Part shown: in pieces, positions 26,037 through 39,489 of the stretch
Numbering within the stretch: position 1 is the first letter of the stretch
Layout of the letters: each line of letters opens with the position of its first letter
Origin: Octopus sinensis
Taxonomy: Eukaryota
Length of the DNA: 64,000 bases
Assembly: GCF_006345805.1 (NCBI RefSeq)
Contig: NC_042999.1
Coordinates: 15,996,001 to 16,060,000, forward strand
Direction of reading: 5' to 3'
Position numbers and translations under genes: made by a program
Notes under the pieces: generated by a model
Seen by the model: the letters and a program-made list of their open reading frames with translations, nothing else
What the model was told of the DNA's origin: nothing
Database searches by the model: none

Positions 26037-26448
26037 AATAGTGTAATAAATAAAATATATGCATACATACATACATATATGTACGTACCTACATCTACAT
26101 GTATATATAAATGCATATATAAATATATATACGTGTGTACAGGACACCACAAATAGACGTAGAACTCAATGAGAAACGAAAACGTAAAAACAGCAAGGAA
26201 CGGACCATTCCTTTAACAACGAAAAAGCAGAGTACAGTGTAGTTCTCTTGTACTCTGTTTTTTCGTTGTTAAAGGAATGGTCCGTTCCATGTTGTTTTTA
26301 CGTTTTCGTTTCTCATTGAGTTCTACGTCTATTTGTGGTGTCCTGTACACACGTATATATATTTATATATGCATTTATATATACATGTAGATGTAGGTAC
26401 GTACATATATGTTTGTATGTATGCATATATTTTATTTATTACACTATT
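26037..26448. repeat. Near-perfect fold-back, 200 bp arms, 12 nt loop
   Basis: 26037-26236 is the reverse complement of 26249-26448 with few mismatches. Confidence 0.95.
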
Positions 26449-26699
26449 ATATATATATATATAGGTTTCTATTCATATCTACTACATAATTATCCTTACA
26501 AGAAAATAATAAATATAGATTATTATTATTAGTCTCTTTAAACAATTATTTTTTTATTCCAACTAATTTAGATAAAAGTGTTGTTGTATTGAAGATGTAA
26601 TTGTTTATATTTTTTTTGTTGTAGTTACCCATCGAAGAAGACTTAGATACTTAATTATATACATTTATATATGCTTATATTATTATTGTATGTTGTGAT

Positions 26700-27060
26700 T
26701 ACAAGAGACTATCTTGGACATCAAAGGGTTTCAATTGGTATGTTTTAAGATATAATGAAGTGAATTTCGATGGTTGTGGATTGCACTTACTTGAATGTAT
26801 TGTCTGTTAAAAAGTTTTTGTTGTTTTTTAATTGCAATTGATGTAAGATTGAATAGTCAATGCTCACACTCATAACTCAGATATTTTAATTAATTTTTAC
26901 AATCCAACCATCCTTTTCAGACTGAATTTTGTCTTTCTGAACTAATGAACTCTGAAGTGACTTATATATAATTGATCAGTGATTTTGTATATCAGAGAAA
27001 ATATATAAGTCGAAACAATTTGTTGGACTTTTACAGTTTTTATAATTATTTATATAATAT
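26700..27060 (+). mobile_element. Decayed PLE 3' end with hammerhead-like motif (26952-27030)
   Basis: CTGAAGT, perfect 11 bp stem GACTTATATAT/ATATATAAGTC, then GAAACAATTTGTT; upstream WYVLR..CGLHLLE resembles the PLE W.I..C.LC..E motif. Confidence 0.45.
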
Positions 27061-27547
27061 TATGTTATATGTCATATTCATAGTATTTAATGTAATATTG
27101 TAATATAAATAAATTATTGAATGTCAATAGAATATCTCTATATTATAAAAAACTATAACCATAGTAATTATAATTAAAAGATAAATGACAATGCATAAAT
27201 TTGATTATAATTACTATGGTTATAAATGTATTCTTACATATTTGTATTGTCCTTTGAAACGTGCATATGTATTGAATCCTATTTTGTATTAACTCTAAAT
27301 TTTGATGCAACATCTTTTTCTCCTCCATTTTTCTATAATTGTTTATGGTATATTTATACCTATAATGATATTTTCAACTACTATTTTCATATTCTTATTA
27401 CTTGCTCTGGCTGGTTTTTATGACTATGATGAATATTTATTTGAAATCAGTCTTTCTCTTTTTTTGGACCTCTCATAAAGTTTGAAATGTCCTCTTTTGA
27501 ACTTAAAATATATATATAAATATAAATATATATCTTTATATATATAT

Positions 27548-27603
<56 letters not shown>

Positions 27604-27834
27604 GTGTGTATGTGAAAGAGAGAGAGAGGGAAGTGGGTATATAAATAGATAAGTGTGTATGTTTGTGTGCATGCAGATTGACATATATGGGAAGAAGCAA
27701 AGACTCAAAACATTGAATATAAATATGCATTCTTGATAACTGAGACATAAAGATAGTCCAAACATTTGAATTGCATTGTCACTGTTGACCTAACAACCAT
27801 CCTTTATCTGTATGTGTGTGAATATACACACATG

Positions 27835-27881
<47 letters not shown>

Positions 27882-29100
27882 ATGTATTGTGTAAGTATGT
27901 ATATATACACACACATATATATGCATGAGTTGCAATGGTGCTGGCGATCTGACAACCATTCTTTATATGAATATACATTTGTATTTATATACACATATAT
28001 ACTGATATGTATAGACACATACATATATAGATATATATATAATATATATGCATACATACATGCACACACAGATATTTAAATTCTTCTGGAAATCAAGCAT
28101 GACATATTTATGTCTTCTCTAAATCAAATTGAATTATTTGATCCATTCCAAGATTTCTCTTTAGTTCAGTCGGGAAAGTAGGACATTGCCTGAAGCATTT
28201 GGTAGCACTCCCTGAATGGTGTTGTATGTGTGGTGGTGCAGTTTGAGTTCTTGTTTGTCGATGTTCTACATGGAGTAACATGTGGGAAAGTACCAATTTC
28301 CAGAAGGTGTGCGGGTTGGCGTTCTATTTTTGAAGAATTGAACAAAGAATTTATTCTTTTATTGGTTTCTATGATTGAACTCTAGTCATGCCAGAGGTCC
28401 CTGCTATCAAATATTTTAATTGATTATATCAATGCAAGTACTTTTGCAAGGATTTATTTGATCAGCCACCATCCTTATATAATGAAATCGTCATTTGAAG
28501 AATGATCGCATGCTTGTGTGTGTTTTAGGGAGTGATAGAGAGAAACTGAAAGTGAAAGTGGAAGAGAGTGAGAGAGAGAGAGTATATGTATATGATAGAA
28601 TATGTTTGTTGTCAGTAATATAGTATGTTACAGAGTGACAAAATTTATGTAACAGCAATGTACTCAAACCAGTGTGTCATTTCAACTGTCATCAGAGTTC
28701 AGTGTTCAGACACTACCATACTTTAATAATCCATGTTTTTTGTTTCAATAGCCAAATTGATTGCATTATTAGTAAATGTACTTCCACCAATATGAATGCC
28801 CTTTGGCTAAAGTAATTCAGACAAGATAATATAAAAATTGTTTTTGCATATATATATATATATAAAATTAAAATCAAAATGAGGGGGAAAAATTTGATAT
28901 TAATTTGATAACATGCCCCAGCATGGCCACAGCTCATAAGCTGAAACTAGAATCAATCAATCAATCAATTTTAACACCAGTGGTCTAGCATATTAAAAAA
29001 AAACAGATTCAGTAAATAGTATTTGATACATAAATATAAGAGGGAATTTTTTTTAAGTGATTAAAAAAATTCCCTCTTATATATATATATATATATATAT

Positions 29101-29132
<32 letters not shown>

Positions 29133-29373
29133 TATCATCATCATCATCATCATCATCATCCTTTAACACCCATTGTCCATGCTGGCATGGGCTGGACGTT
29201 TTGACCAGAACTGGTAAACTTGACATATCCAGACATAATTTCACAGAAGCTTAGAAATTAAAGACACTGCTTGTGTGATAGTGCCACTCACTTGAAGCTA
29301 TCACATGATGTCAAGACACGGTGACATTAACCCAGTCCAGTACACAATGATACATACATATATATATATATAT

Positions 29374-29574
29374 ATTCTTTTATTCTTTTACTTGTTTCAG
29401 TCTTTTACCTGACTGCAGCCATGCTGGAACACCGCCTTTAGTCAAACAATTGACCCCAGAACTTATTCTTTGTAAGCCTAGTACTTATTCTATCGAGGGT
29501 AAACACAACAACATCGGTTGTCAAGCAATGTTGGTGGTGCCAAACACACACACACACATACACACACACACATG

Positions 29575-29617
<43 letters not shown>

Positions 29618-30025
29618 ATATATATATACACACATATATATACACACATTTGCCTAAAAAAATGGATCTACAACTTCAATATCCCTACATATCTTACATC
29701 TATTTTTTTCCTCCACCTCATTCTCTATTTTGTATCCTATCTAATTATTAAATATCCTGGAAACAGCTGTAAAACCTTCTTCCTATAAATATTCTAATAT
29801 CTACACAGCCTTGGTTTTTTATCTCATTACACAAAAAATTCTTATATATACACACGTACATACAATGGACTTCTTTCAGTTTCTGTCTAGCAAATCTACC
29901 GACAAGGCTTTGCTTGGTCCAAGACTACAGTAGAAGACACTTACCCAAGGTTCCATGTAGTGGGACTGAACCTGGAACCATGTGGTTGGGAGGCAAGCTT
30001 CTTACCACATAGCCACTCCTGTGCC
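29374..30025 (-). mobile_element. SINE S1 interrupted by a PLE-repeat fragment
   Basis: Tail at 29374-29540 and head at 29865-30025, separated by microsatellite and the 29690-29845 fragment. Confidence 0.7.
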
Positions 30026-30722
30026 TCATAGCCACTCCTGATAATATACAATACATATAAATTACAGTTACTTCTATCCTGCCTACTCACCCAACCCAAA
30101 CCTTCTTATCATCTCACCTATTCTCAACACCCACAATGTCCCTTGAGGGCATATCCAGGCACAACTTCACCCTCATCTCTCTGACTATTTCTCTCTTCAC
30201 CTTCCTCTGTAACTCAATTACCTTTCTTTTCCAACTGGGGTATTCATGTATCTACAGCAAAACACCCATCTTTGTCCCTCTATCTAACAAAGCCCCTCAC
30301 TCACTTTCAATACTGCTCACCCCTCTTGGTTAAGGGGTTTTTTGCTTTTTTTGTCTTGCAAGGTAGTTGGTAACTCTGTTGGTGATGGTGCCATGCAAAA
30401 AGCACTTGTGTTGGTGTCGTGAAAAGCACTTGTGTTGATGTCCTGTAAAAACCACCCAATACACTTTGTAAAGTGGTTGGTACTAGGAAGAGCATTCAGC
30501 TGTAAAAACCATGTTAAAATAGACAATGGAGCCATAGATGGTTCCCAGCCTTGCCAGCCCCCGACAAACCATCCAACGCCAGGACTATAGTAAAAGACAC
30601 CTTCACAATATTCCACAGGATGGGATTGAACCTGAAACTACATTGTTGGGGAGTGAGCCTCTTAACCACACTGCTAGACTATATAAGTGTATGTATGTAT
30701 GTATGCATGTATGTGTATGTGT

Positions 30723-30761
<39 letters not shown>

Positions 30762-31599
30762 TGAGTGTATGTTAGAGGGAGAGTGGGAGGGAAAGAGAGA
30801 TAAATGAATAGATTTATGTGTGTGTATTTCTCTCTCTCTCTCTCTCTCTCTCTCCCTCTCTCTCTCCCACTCTCTCTCTCCCTCTCTCTCTCTCCTCCCT
30901 CTCTCTCTCTCCCTCTCTCTCTCTCCCTCTCTCTCTCTCTCTGTGCAGGCGCTATTCCAGTGTTCCAACTGAACTAAAAGGAAATCTTGGAATGGATCAA
31001 ATAATTCAGTTTGATTTAGAGAAGACATAAATATGTCAAAGTTGATTTCCATTAGAATCAATATGTATGTATGTATGTATGTATGTAAGTATATATGTAT
31101 GTATGTATGTATGTATGCATGTAAGCATGTATGCATGTATGTATGTATGTATGTGAGAGGGAGTGTGTGAATATATATATGTACATATGTATGTATATAT
31201 ACACACGTGTGTGTGTGTGTATAATAATAAAGGATAAAATCGTTAAAAATTTTATCACTGGCCAGCATATAATACAGACCTATTAAGGTGAATTCATATA
31301 CAGAGATTTATAATAGTGTATAATATAATTATAATTAAGGGCATAGAGGAGACCATGGCTATGCTGAAAGTAGATACTAAATTGTCAAACCACTTAAAAT
31401 TATCACTTTTATATTACACAACATGTTGAATTCGAGGGAGTAGGCTCACAGAAATTCATAAAATAGTTTGTCTTGGATTGATCAATTTCTGGATTAGTCT
31501 ATTAAATTTTCCTCCCCAGCAAGGCATATAAATGAGATATTTTATACATGCCCACAGGAAAGCAAATGCAAAGTTATGGTTACATACAAATGCCACAAA

Positions 31600-31850
31600 C
31601 ATATTTTGTTGTGTCTGGGGAGAGTCATTCTTCTCTTTTAGTGCCTTATAATTTAACACACTCACCGGTAAAATTTCCACTTATTTCTTTTTTTTATTTT
31701 CCTAAAATTTTCATTGCATCTTGCAACCTTTTCAATAGTCTTGACTTTTAGGAAAATAAAAATAAGAAATAAGTGGAAATTTTACCGGCGAGTGAGTTAT
31801 ATTATAAGGCACAAAAAGAAAATGACTCTCCCCAGACACAACAGAATATG
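31600..31850. repeat. Fold-back with ~105 bp arms; single-arm copy at 49450-49590
   Basis: TGTTGTGTCTGGGGAGAGTCATT... versus ...AATGACTCTCCCCAGACACAACA. Confidence 0.9.
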
Positions 31851-32713
31851 CTTCAACACATGAACTCATACCAAATCCAAAAACGAAATATCACAAACAT
31901 ATTTGCATCAAATTTTGTAGTCTACCTCAGCATTTGTGTATTTGGTCAGAGTAGTACAGAAGTGAATAGACTACCCCGAAGTGAATGGAAATTATTCAGT
32001 TATAATAATAAAGGATAAAATCGTTAAAAATTTTTATCAGTGACCAGCATATAATATAGACCTATTAAGGTGAATTCATATATAGAGATTTATAATATTT
32101 ATCATCATCATCATTATCATCATTGTTTAATGTCTGTTTTTCATGCTGGCATGGGTTGGACGGTTTGGCTGGGGACTGGTAAGCAAGGAGGCCTCACCAG
32201 GCTCCAATCTGATCTGGCAATGTTTCTACAGCTGAACTGGCAATGTTTTTAAGCGTATTGAGGCTTCCTCAGAAATCGCAAGGATATCCCCCTCATACCT
32301 CCTACATCATCTACTCAACCTTCCAGAAATGGCAGCATCAAGGGGTCCCATGCCTCAAATATATATCATCATCATCATCGTTTAAAGTCCTTTTTCCATG
32401 CTGGCATGGGTTGGACGGTTTGACTGAGGCCTGGGAAGCCAGCAGCTGTACCAGGCTCGAGTCTGTTCTGGTAATGTTTCCACAGCTGGATGTCCTCCCT
32501 AACATTAACCACTCCGGGGTGCTTTTTATGTGCCACTAGCACAGGAGCCAGTCAGGCAGCACTGGCATCAGCCTCCTTTGAATGGTGCTTTTTACATGCT
32601 ACTGGCACAGGATCCAGTTGGGAGCAAAACAATTATAATTAAGGGCATAGAAGAGACCATGCCTATGCTGAAAATAGATGCTAAATTGTCAAACCACTTA
32701 AAATTTTTATCAT

Positions 32714-34146
32714 TGAAACCCATGTAATTTACGCACTTTTTTCACAAAAACAAAAATAAGCTTTAGGGGTTGCATAAATTACATGAGCAGATCATTTCCA
32801 GAACGTTTTTAGATTTTTTTTTTTTGTGGAAAAATGATGTACAAATGTAAACATTCGTACTGGAAGTTGACTCAATGTCAGAATAGGTTTTTACAGAAAA
32901 CATATAATGAAGTTGACTTTTATTTATGCTGGATGAATTTACTAAAACCAAATGGTTAACTACCTTTTGAAGTTTGATGTTCATGCTGGTAATCACAGTC
33001 TGAGTCATATTTTACTGCACCTAACACTGATGACGACAACATCATAATTTATCCTTGCACATGTAAACTCACTAAATGAATATGACTTAGCGTTCCTACA
33101 GAAACCTTAATTTATGTTATACAATGTTTAATGTCATTTCACATTCATGTTGAATTATGCAGCAATCTTATGTTCTCTTCATAGAACACTTGTAATATAT
33201 GCATTACCAGTTTTTTTGGTGTAGTAGATTTTTGCTATTCTAGTTTATGTCTCCTCACAGATTTGTATATTCAAACATGTCGCTTCTTAAATTTCGCACT
33301 TCCCTTTTTCACTAAACACTGAGTTAAACTTGCAAAGCTGTTTATTTTCTCCTTAATGTTTATTTTAGCAGGTCACCAAACTATCAGTTTGGTCTCCTGG
33401 TTAAAACGGTAATAACAAATTTTTAAGTTTGCTTGACATTTTATAAGTGTGAACAGGATTAAAATTTCGATACTTCATATCAAAGGTTCCGACAAGAATA
33501 GGCGGAAAATCAGAGCTTGAGACTAGAAGACACTTTCGACCAATCAGAATTTTGTTTACATAATCAGTTTGATCGGTCACCTTCCTCTATCAGTTGAATA
33601 AAGTGTCATCCAAGCTGATGTTTATTGGTAATTAAACTTATTTTGCAACACTTGTGCATATTTATCAGCTTTGTTTTTGTTGATAATTCTTATCAACAAC
33701 TTTTCCTGTCATCGTGATTTGAGAAGACATACAGAAGTGTGCTAAAGATTGGACATAATCTCTTGTGGGCAAGAAATGTAAAACACAATTCATTATAAAC
33801 ATAAACACTTCATAATTTAATAGCTTTCAATCTGATATCTGTTAAACAGAAATTATTTCTATTTAATAAAATCTTATCATAAGTAAGTGAAATTATGTTA
33901 AATACAACTAAATTGAAAATATTTTCCCCCTGGCCATATTGGCAATTCTGAAAACTTTTGGGTGTGAATTTTACACAAGTAGAAGCTTTTTCTAATAATT
34001 TTTTAAGGGAATAGAAGAGGCCTTGCCTATGCTGAAAATAGATGCTAAATTGTCAAACCACTTAAAATTTTTTTCTTTAAAACCCATGTAATTTGTGCAC
34101 CTGTGTAAATCACACAGGTGCACAAATTACATGGGTTTTTACGGTA
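32714..34146. mobile_element. Old pogo-like non-autonomous element, rearranged
   Basis: Repeated CCCATGTAATTT..GCAC / GTGCACAAATTACATGGG subterminal motifs, terminal TTTTACGG-TA, hairpin at 34079-34140. Confidence 0.45.
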
Positions 34147-34290
34147 CCTTTATAATACACACATGTTGAAATTGATGAAGTAGGTTCACAGAAATTTATA
34201 AAAGAGTTAGCCTTGGATTGATCAATCTCTGGATTAGTCTATTAAATTTTCCTCACCAGCAAGGATACTGAGAGAAATAACTGAGATATT

Positions 34291-34518
34291 TACTCTTTTA
34301 CTTGTTTGAGTCATTTGACTGTGGCCATGCTGGAGCACTGCCTTTAGTCAAGCAAATCGACCCCAGGACTTATTCTTTGTAAGCCTAGTACTTATTCTAT
34401 CAGTCTCTTTTGCCAAACCGCTAAGTTACGGGAACATAAACACACCAGCATTGGTTGTCAAGCGATGTTGGGGGGACAAACACAGACACACACACACACA
34501 CACACACACACCACACAC

Positions 34519-34559
<41 letters not shown>

Positions 34560-34734
34560 CATACATATATACAATAGGCTTCTTTCAGTTTCCATCTACC
34601 AAGTCCACTCACAAGGCTTTGGTCAGCCCAAGGCTATAGTAGAAGACACTTGCCCAAGGTGCCATGCAGTGGAACTGAACCCGGAACCATGTAGTTTGTA
34701 AGCAAGATACTTACCACATAGCCACTCCTAAACC
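34291..34734 (-). mobile_element. tRNA-derived SINE S1, full length
   Basis: A box TGGCTATGTGG, B box GGTTCAGTTCC, internal TA/GT microsatellite, tail ...AAACAAGTAAAAGA. Confidence 0.85.
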
Positions 34735-34754
34735 TATATCAAAAAAAATCTATG

Positions 34755-34826
34755 ATGTTTTGATAAGGATTGAACCTATAATACTCTTCGTGGGAGGCAA
34801 ACATGTTAACCATTACGCAACGTAAC
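34755..34826 (-). pseudogene. tRNA-like head (Gly-CCC-like loop), not a functional tRNA
   Basis: A box TTGCGTAATGG, loop CTCCCAC, intact T arm ATAGG-TTCAATC-CTTAT; anticodon and acceptor stems broken. Confidence 0.5.
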
Positions 34827-35381
34827 ATATTTATAAGTTCCCACAGGAAAGCAACCGCAAAGCTACGATTACATACAAGAACCACAAGTATATCCACAAA
34901 TATATACACACAAAGGAATTAGATGCAGTGTGCAGGAGAGAAGACTGTGCTGGTTTGGTTATATGATGCATCTGGATGATGATAGTTACATAAAGAAGTG
35001 CCAATCACATAAAGTGTATGGAATTTTGTAGAAAAGGGAGATTCAGAAAGACATGAGATTGACAAAGTATTGAAGGTTGATCTTAAGACACTGAGCCTAA
35101 CAAAGGAGCCGACAAAGGACTGAGATATCTAGCACTTTGGTGTATTGAAGAAGACTTGTCCATCACAGCAGAATTGATATCCTAAAATCAGAATGGTAAT
35201 GCTTGTTTATGAATGGTTCTGCCCTCTCCCCACCATCTCCATCTTCTTTGCCCCATCAACCCCCCCCCAACATTTCATCCCTTTGTACCCATCACTTCCC
35301 TATCACCTGAGCACAGAATAGGCACTGCTACATCCCTTTGCTTTCTCAGTTACCTTTCTTTCCCCACCACAAACCACTTCT

Positions 35382-35609
35382 TATTTCTTTACTGCTCACA
35401 AGGGGCTAAACATAGAGGGGACGAACAAGGACTGAGAAAGGGATTAAGTCAATTACATCGACCCTAGTGCACAACTGGTACTTAATTTATCGACCCCGAA
35501 AGGATGAAAGGCAAAGTCGACCTCAGCGGAATTTGAACTCAGAATGTAAAGACAGACGAAATACCGCTAAGTATTTTGCCCGGTGTGCTAATGTTTCTGC
35601 CAGCTCGCC
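35382..35609 (-). mobile_element. SINE S2, full length
   Basis: Head GGCGAGCTGGCAGAAA, B box GAGTTCAAATTCC, Meta-like core. Confidence 0.85.
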
Positions 35610-36877
35610 ACTTCTATGTCCCAATATCTCCCCTGCTCCTACTGTTTCCACCAGTCACTTCCTTTCTGTGCATTCTCTATCATTAACACTTTACTTATCT
35701 TCTATCACCCTCAATGCCCTCACATATCTACCACAATCCACTTCCTGAGCCTCTCCTATATTTTTTTCCATCATTTGCTACAGTCACCTCTATCCTGCTC
35801 ATTTATCCACTCCATACCTCTGTATCACCTCACTTATTCTCACAATCCTTAATCCTTTCGATACTAACCCAGCTGAAACTGCCTCTGGCTCTGTAGTACA
35901 AATAAATGTCTTGTTTTCATAAGTTTTGAATTAAAATCTTCCACCAAACCTTAGTCACAATTTATGTTCCTAACACGAGTTGAATGATAACTAAGTCATT
36001 TTAGTAAATTTTTTGTTCATCATCATCATCATCATCGTTTAACGTCCGTTCTCCATGCTAGCATGGGTTGGACGGTTTGACCGGGGATCTGGGAAGCCAG
36101 AAGGCTGCACCAGGCTCCAGTCTGATCTGGCAGTGTTTCTACAGCTAGATGCCCTTCCTAACGCCAGCCACTCCGTGACTGTAGTGGGTGCTTTTTCGTG
36201 CCACCAGCACAGGTACCTGGCGACGCTGGCAACAGCCATGATCGGATTGGTGCATTTTACGTGCAACTGGCACGGAAACCAGTCAAGGCGGCGCTGGCAT
36301 TGGCCATGATTCGGATGGTGCCTTTTACATGCCACCGGCACTGAAGCCTGTCTAGGTGGCGCTGGCATCGGCCACTTTCAGATGGTGCTTTTTACGTGCC
36401 ACCGGCACAGGGATCACGACTGCAGTTTCCATTGATTTTGATGTTGGTGTACTTGACTCAATGGATATCCTCAAGCACAGGGTCGAAATGGTGTTTCTTC
36501 ACTATTTTTGTTCCTCTATACTTTAAGCTCTCAACTGGTGCAAAGCTACCACCTCCTCAATACTACTCCCTACTCTAGGTTGAGAAGTTTTTGTCTTGCA
36601 AGGTATGTGGTGACCCTGTTGATGCTGATGTCATGTAAAAACCATTTGAACTAGTGCCATGTATAGAGCACTCAGTGCAATCTGTTAAATGGTTGGTATT
36701 ATGAAGGGCATCCAGCTGTAGAGACCATGCCAAACCAGACAATGGAGCCTGGTACAGCTCCTATCCTAGCCAGTTCCTACCAAACCATCCCACCCATGCC
36801 AACATAGAAAATGGAATTTAAATGATGATGATGATGATGACAATATTTATATATATATGTATGTCAATATTTATTAA

Positions 36878-37212
36878 AACCCCCTTCGGTCATGTCTGAC
36901 CATGGGATTGCACCTAGAAAGTTACCCTCCCAGGCACAAGTTCAGGCAAGGTTGTTTATGGAAGACCAGCAGTCGCCCATGCATACCGGCCTCCCCTCTC
37001 CACGCCACCAGTGTTATCCAAGGAAAAGGCAAAGGGACCGATACAGCTTGGCACCAGTGACGTCACAACTCATTTCTACAGGTGAGTGAACTGGAGCAAC
37101 GTGAAATAAAGTTTCTTGCTCAAGAACACAACAAACAGCCCAGTCTGGGATTCAAACTCACAACCTCACGATCATAAGCTCGACACTCTAACCACTGAGC
37201 CATGTGCCTTCA
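36878..37212 (-). mobile_element. SINE S3
   Basis: Reverse-complement match to 15681-16003. Confidence 0.85.
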
Positions 37213-37277
37213 TATGCACCTATATCCATGCGTCTTAGACATGCATCTATAGCCATGCATCTATAGCCATGTGTCTA

Positions 37278-37309
<32 letters not shown>

Positions 37310-37364
37310 GATATATAGATATATAGATATATAATATATAAGTCATAATGACATATCTTTATAT

Positions 37365-37893
37365 ATGTAGACAATATGAAAAACCAGTATGTGGATTCCT
37401 TGTATGCTAAAAATAGATGTCAAACTATCTTACCACGAAGTCTGTGTTCTCAAATTAGCAAGACAGTAGATGTTTATGAGCTAGGCAAATGAAAAGACAT
37501 AAACATAGCATTTAATTCCATTCCTTAAGGTTTTGACATGAACAATTCAATAATTATCTGTGACTCTTCAGTGAAATCGGTGCTGACACAGCAATGGAAC
37601 TGGACACCACCTGTTAAAACACATAATACTGGAACTCTATACATTCTTATCCTTTCACAGAGACAGGTGGTGTCCAGTTCCAATTTCACTGATGAGACTC
37701 AGACAATTATTGAATTGTTTATGATGAAGCCTTAAGGTATGAAATTAAGTGTTATGTTTATTTCTTTTCATTTGTCTAGTTCGTAAACATCTAGTGTCTT
37801 GCTAATTTGGAAAACAGATTTCGTGGTAATTCGGTCTGACATCTATTTTTAGCATATAAGGGATCCACATAGTGGTCTCTCGTATTGTTTACA
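37365..37893. repeat. Diverged fold-back, ~240 bp arms
   Basis: 37365-37614 versus 37663-37893 (GGAACTGGACACCACCTGT / ACAGGTGGTGTCCAGTTCC at the inner ends). Confidence 0.9.
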
Positions 37894-38638
37894 TTCAAAT
37901 AGAATTCATGGTCCTCTGACGTTTTTTAAGCATGCTGACCACTGGTTGAAATTGATATTATTTAATAATATCAGTTTTTACTCTTATTATATATATGTAC
38001 ATATATGTATAAAATTAATCCTTTCCACTATAGGCACAAGGCCTGATAATTTTTTTTGGGTGGGGCAGTCAGTTATATCGACCCTAGTATGCAATTAGTT
38101 CTTAATTTATCAACCCCAAAGGATGATAAGCAAAGTTGACCTCGGTGGAATTTGAACTCAGAATGTAGCAGCAGACGAAATACCTATTTCTTTGTTACCC
38201 ACAAGGGGCTAAACATAGAGGGGACAAATAAGGACAGACAAAGGTATTAAGTCGATTACATCGACCCCAGTGCGTAACTGGTACTTAATTTATTGACCCC
38301 GAAAGGATGAAAGGCAAAATCGACCTCAGTGGAATTTGAACTCAGAATGCAGCGGCAGACGAAATACCACTAAGCATTTTGCTCCACATGCTAACAACTC
38401 TGCCAGCTCACTACCTTATAAAATTAAATAATGTCAATGGAAGCTATAAACTGATCCACAAGCATTCAGCTGTGAGTGTCCTGCACCTTGTAGCAGGGAT
38501 GGTCATAAGTTAATGAAGTTCACTGCTTAATTTTCTGTTCCTTTGTCATTTATTTAATTTCATATTTTGCTCTGTATGCAACTGATGCTTTTTTTTCTGA
38601 ATCATATATATGTTGACTTGTAACATCCCATTATTAGA

Positions 38639-38668
38639 ATCACTATGCTTAAGAGAAACATTATAATA

Positions 38669-38706
<38 letters not shown>

Positions 38707-38819
38707 AAAGAATGAAGTTAGAAAATGCTGCTATATTAGACAAATTTGTCTAATATAGCAGCATTTTCTAACTTCATTCTTTACAAATATATACCCACTC
38801 GTATACGAGCTAATCTTAT

Positions 38820-38875
<56 letters not shown>

Positions 38876-38905
38876 TATTATAATGTTTCTCTTAAGCATA
38901 GTGAT
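38639..38905. repeat. Spacerless palindrome (centre AGACAAATTTGTCT) with outer arms
   Basis: Inner ~42 bp arms perfect; outer ATCACTATGCTTAAGAGAAACATT arms perfect. Confidence 0.9.
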
Positions 38906-38925
38906 ATGTATATACATATATATAT

Positions 38926-39070
38926 ATATAAAAGGAAATGAAGAAAATGCTGACAAAATAATTTAAGTAATTTAAGTAATTTAATTAGGTGAAAGTTCTT
39001 TCACCTAATTAAATTACTTAAATTACTTAAATTATTTTGTCAGCATTTTCTTCATTTCCTTTTTTATATA
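38926..39070. repeat. Near-perfect palindrome, ~70 bp arms, 2 nt loop
   Basis: AAAGGAAATGAAGAAAATGCTGAC...GTCAGCATTTTCTTCATTTCCTTT. Confidence 0.92.
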
Positions 39071-39141
39071 TCACAACTCGTGTTCCACATCTCCTTTTTT
39101 AAATATATATATATATATAATGGAGGCGCATTATATATAGC

Positions 39142-39476
39142 GAAGGCACATGGCTCAGTGGTTAGAGCGTCGAGCTTACGATCGTGAGGTTGTGAGCTCG
39201 AATCCCGGACCGGGCTGCGTGTTGTGTTCTTGAGCAAGGCACTTTATTTCACGTTGCTCCAGTTCACTCAGCTGTAGAAATGAGTTGCGACGTCACTGGT
39301 GCCAAGCTGTATCGACCTTTGTCTTTCCCTTGGATAACACTGGTGGCGTGGAGAGGGGAGGCTGGTATACATGGGCGACTGCTGGTCTTCCATAAACAAC
39401 CTTGCCCGGACTTGTGTCTAGGAGGGTAACTTTCTAGGTGCAATCCCATGGTCATTCATGACCGAAGGGGGTCTTT
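39142..39476 (+). mobile_element. SINE S3, young (CpG retained)
   Basis: A/B boxes and CORE-like domain. Confidence 0.88.
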
Positions 39477-39489
39477 ACCCTCTTTTAAT

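Noticed and set aside
39142-39220. Functional tRNA gene
   Set aside because: A/B boxes belong to a multi-copy SINE; no complete cloverleaf
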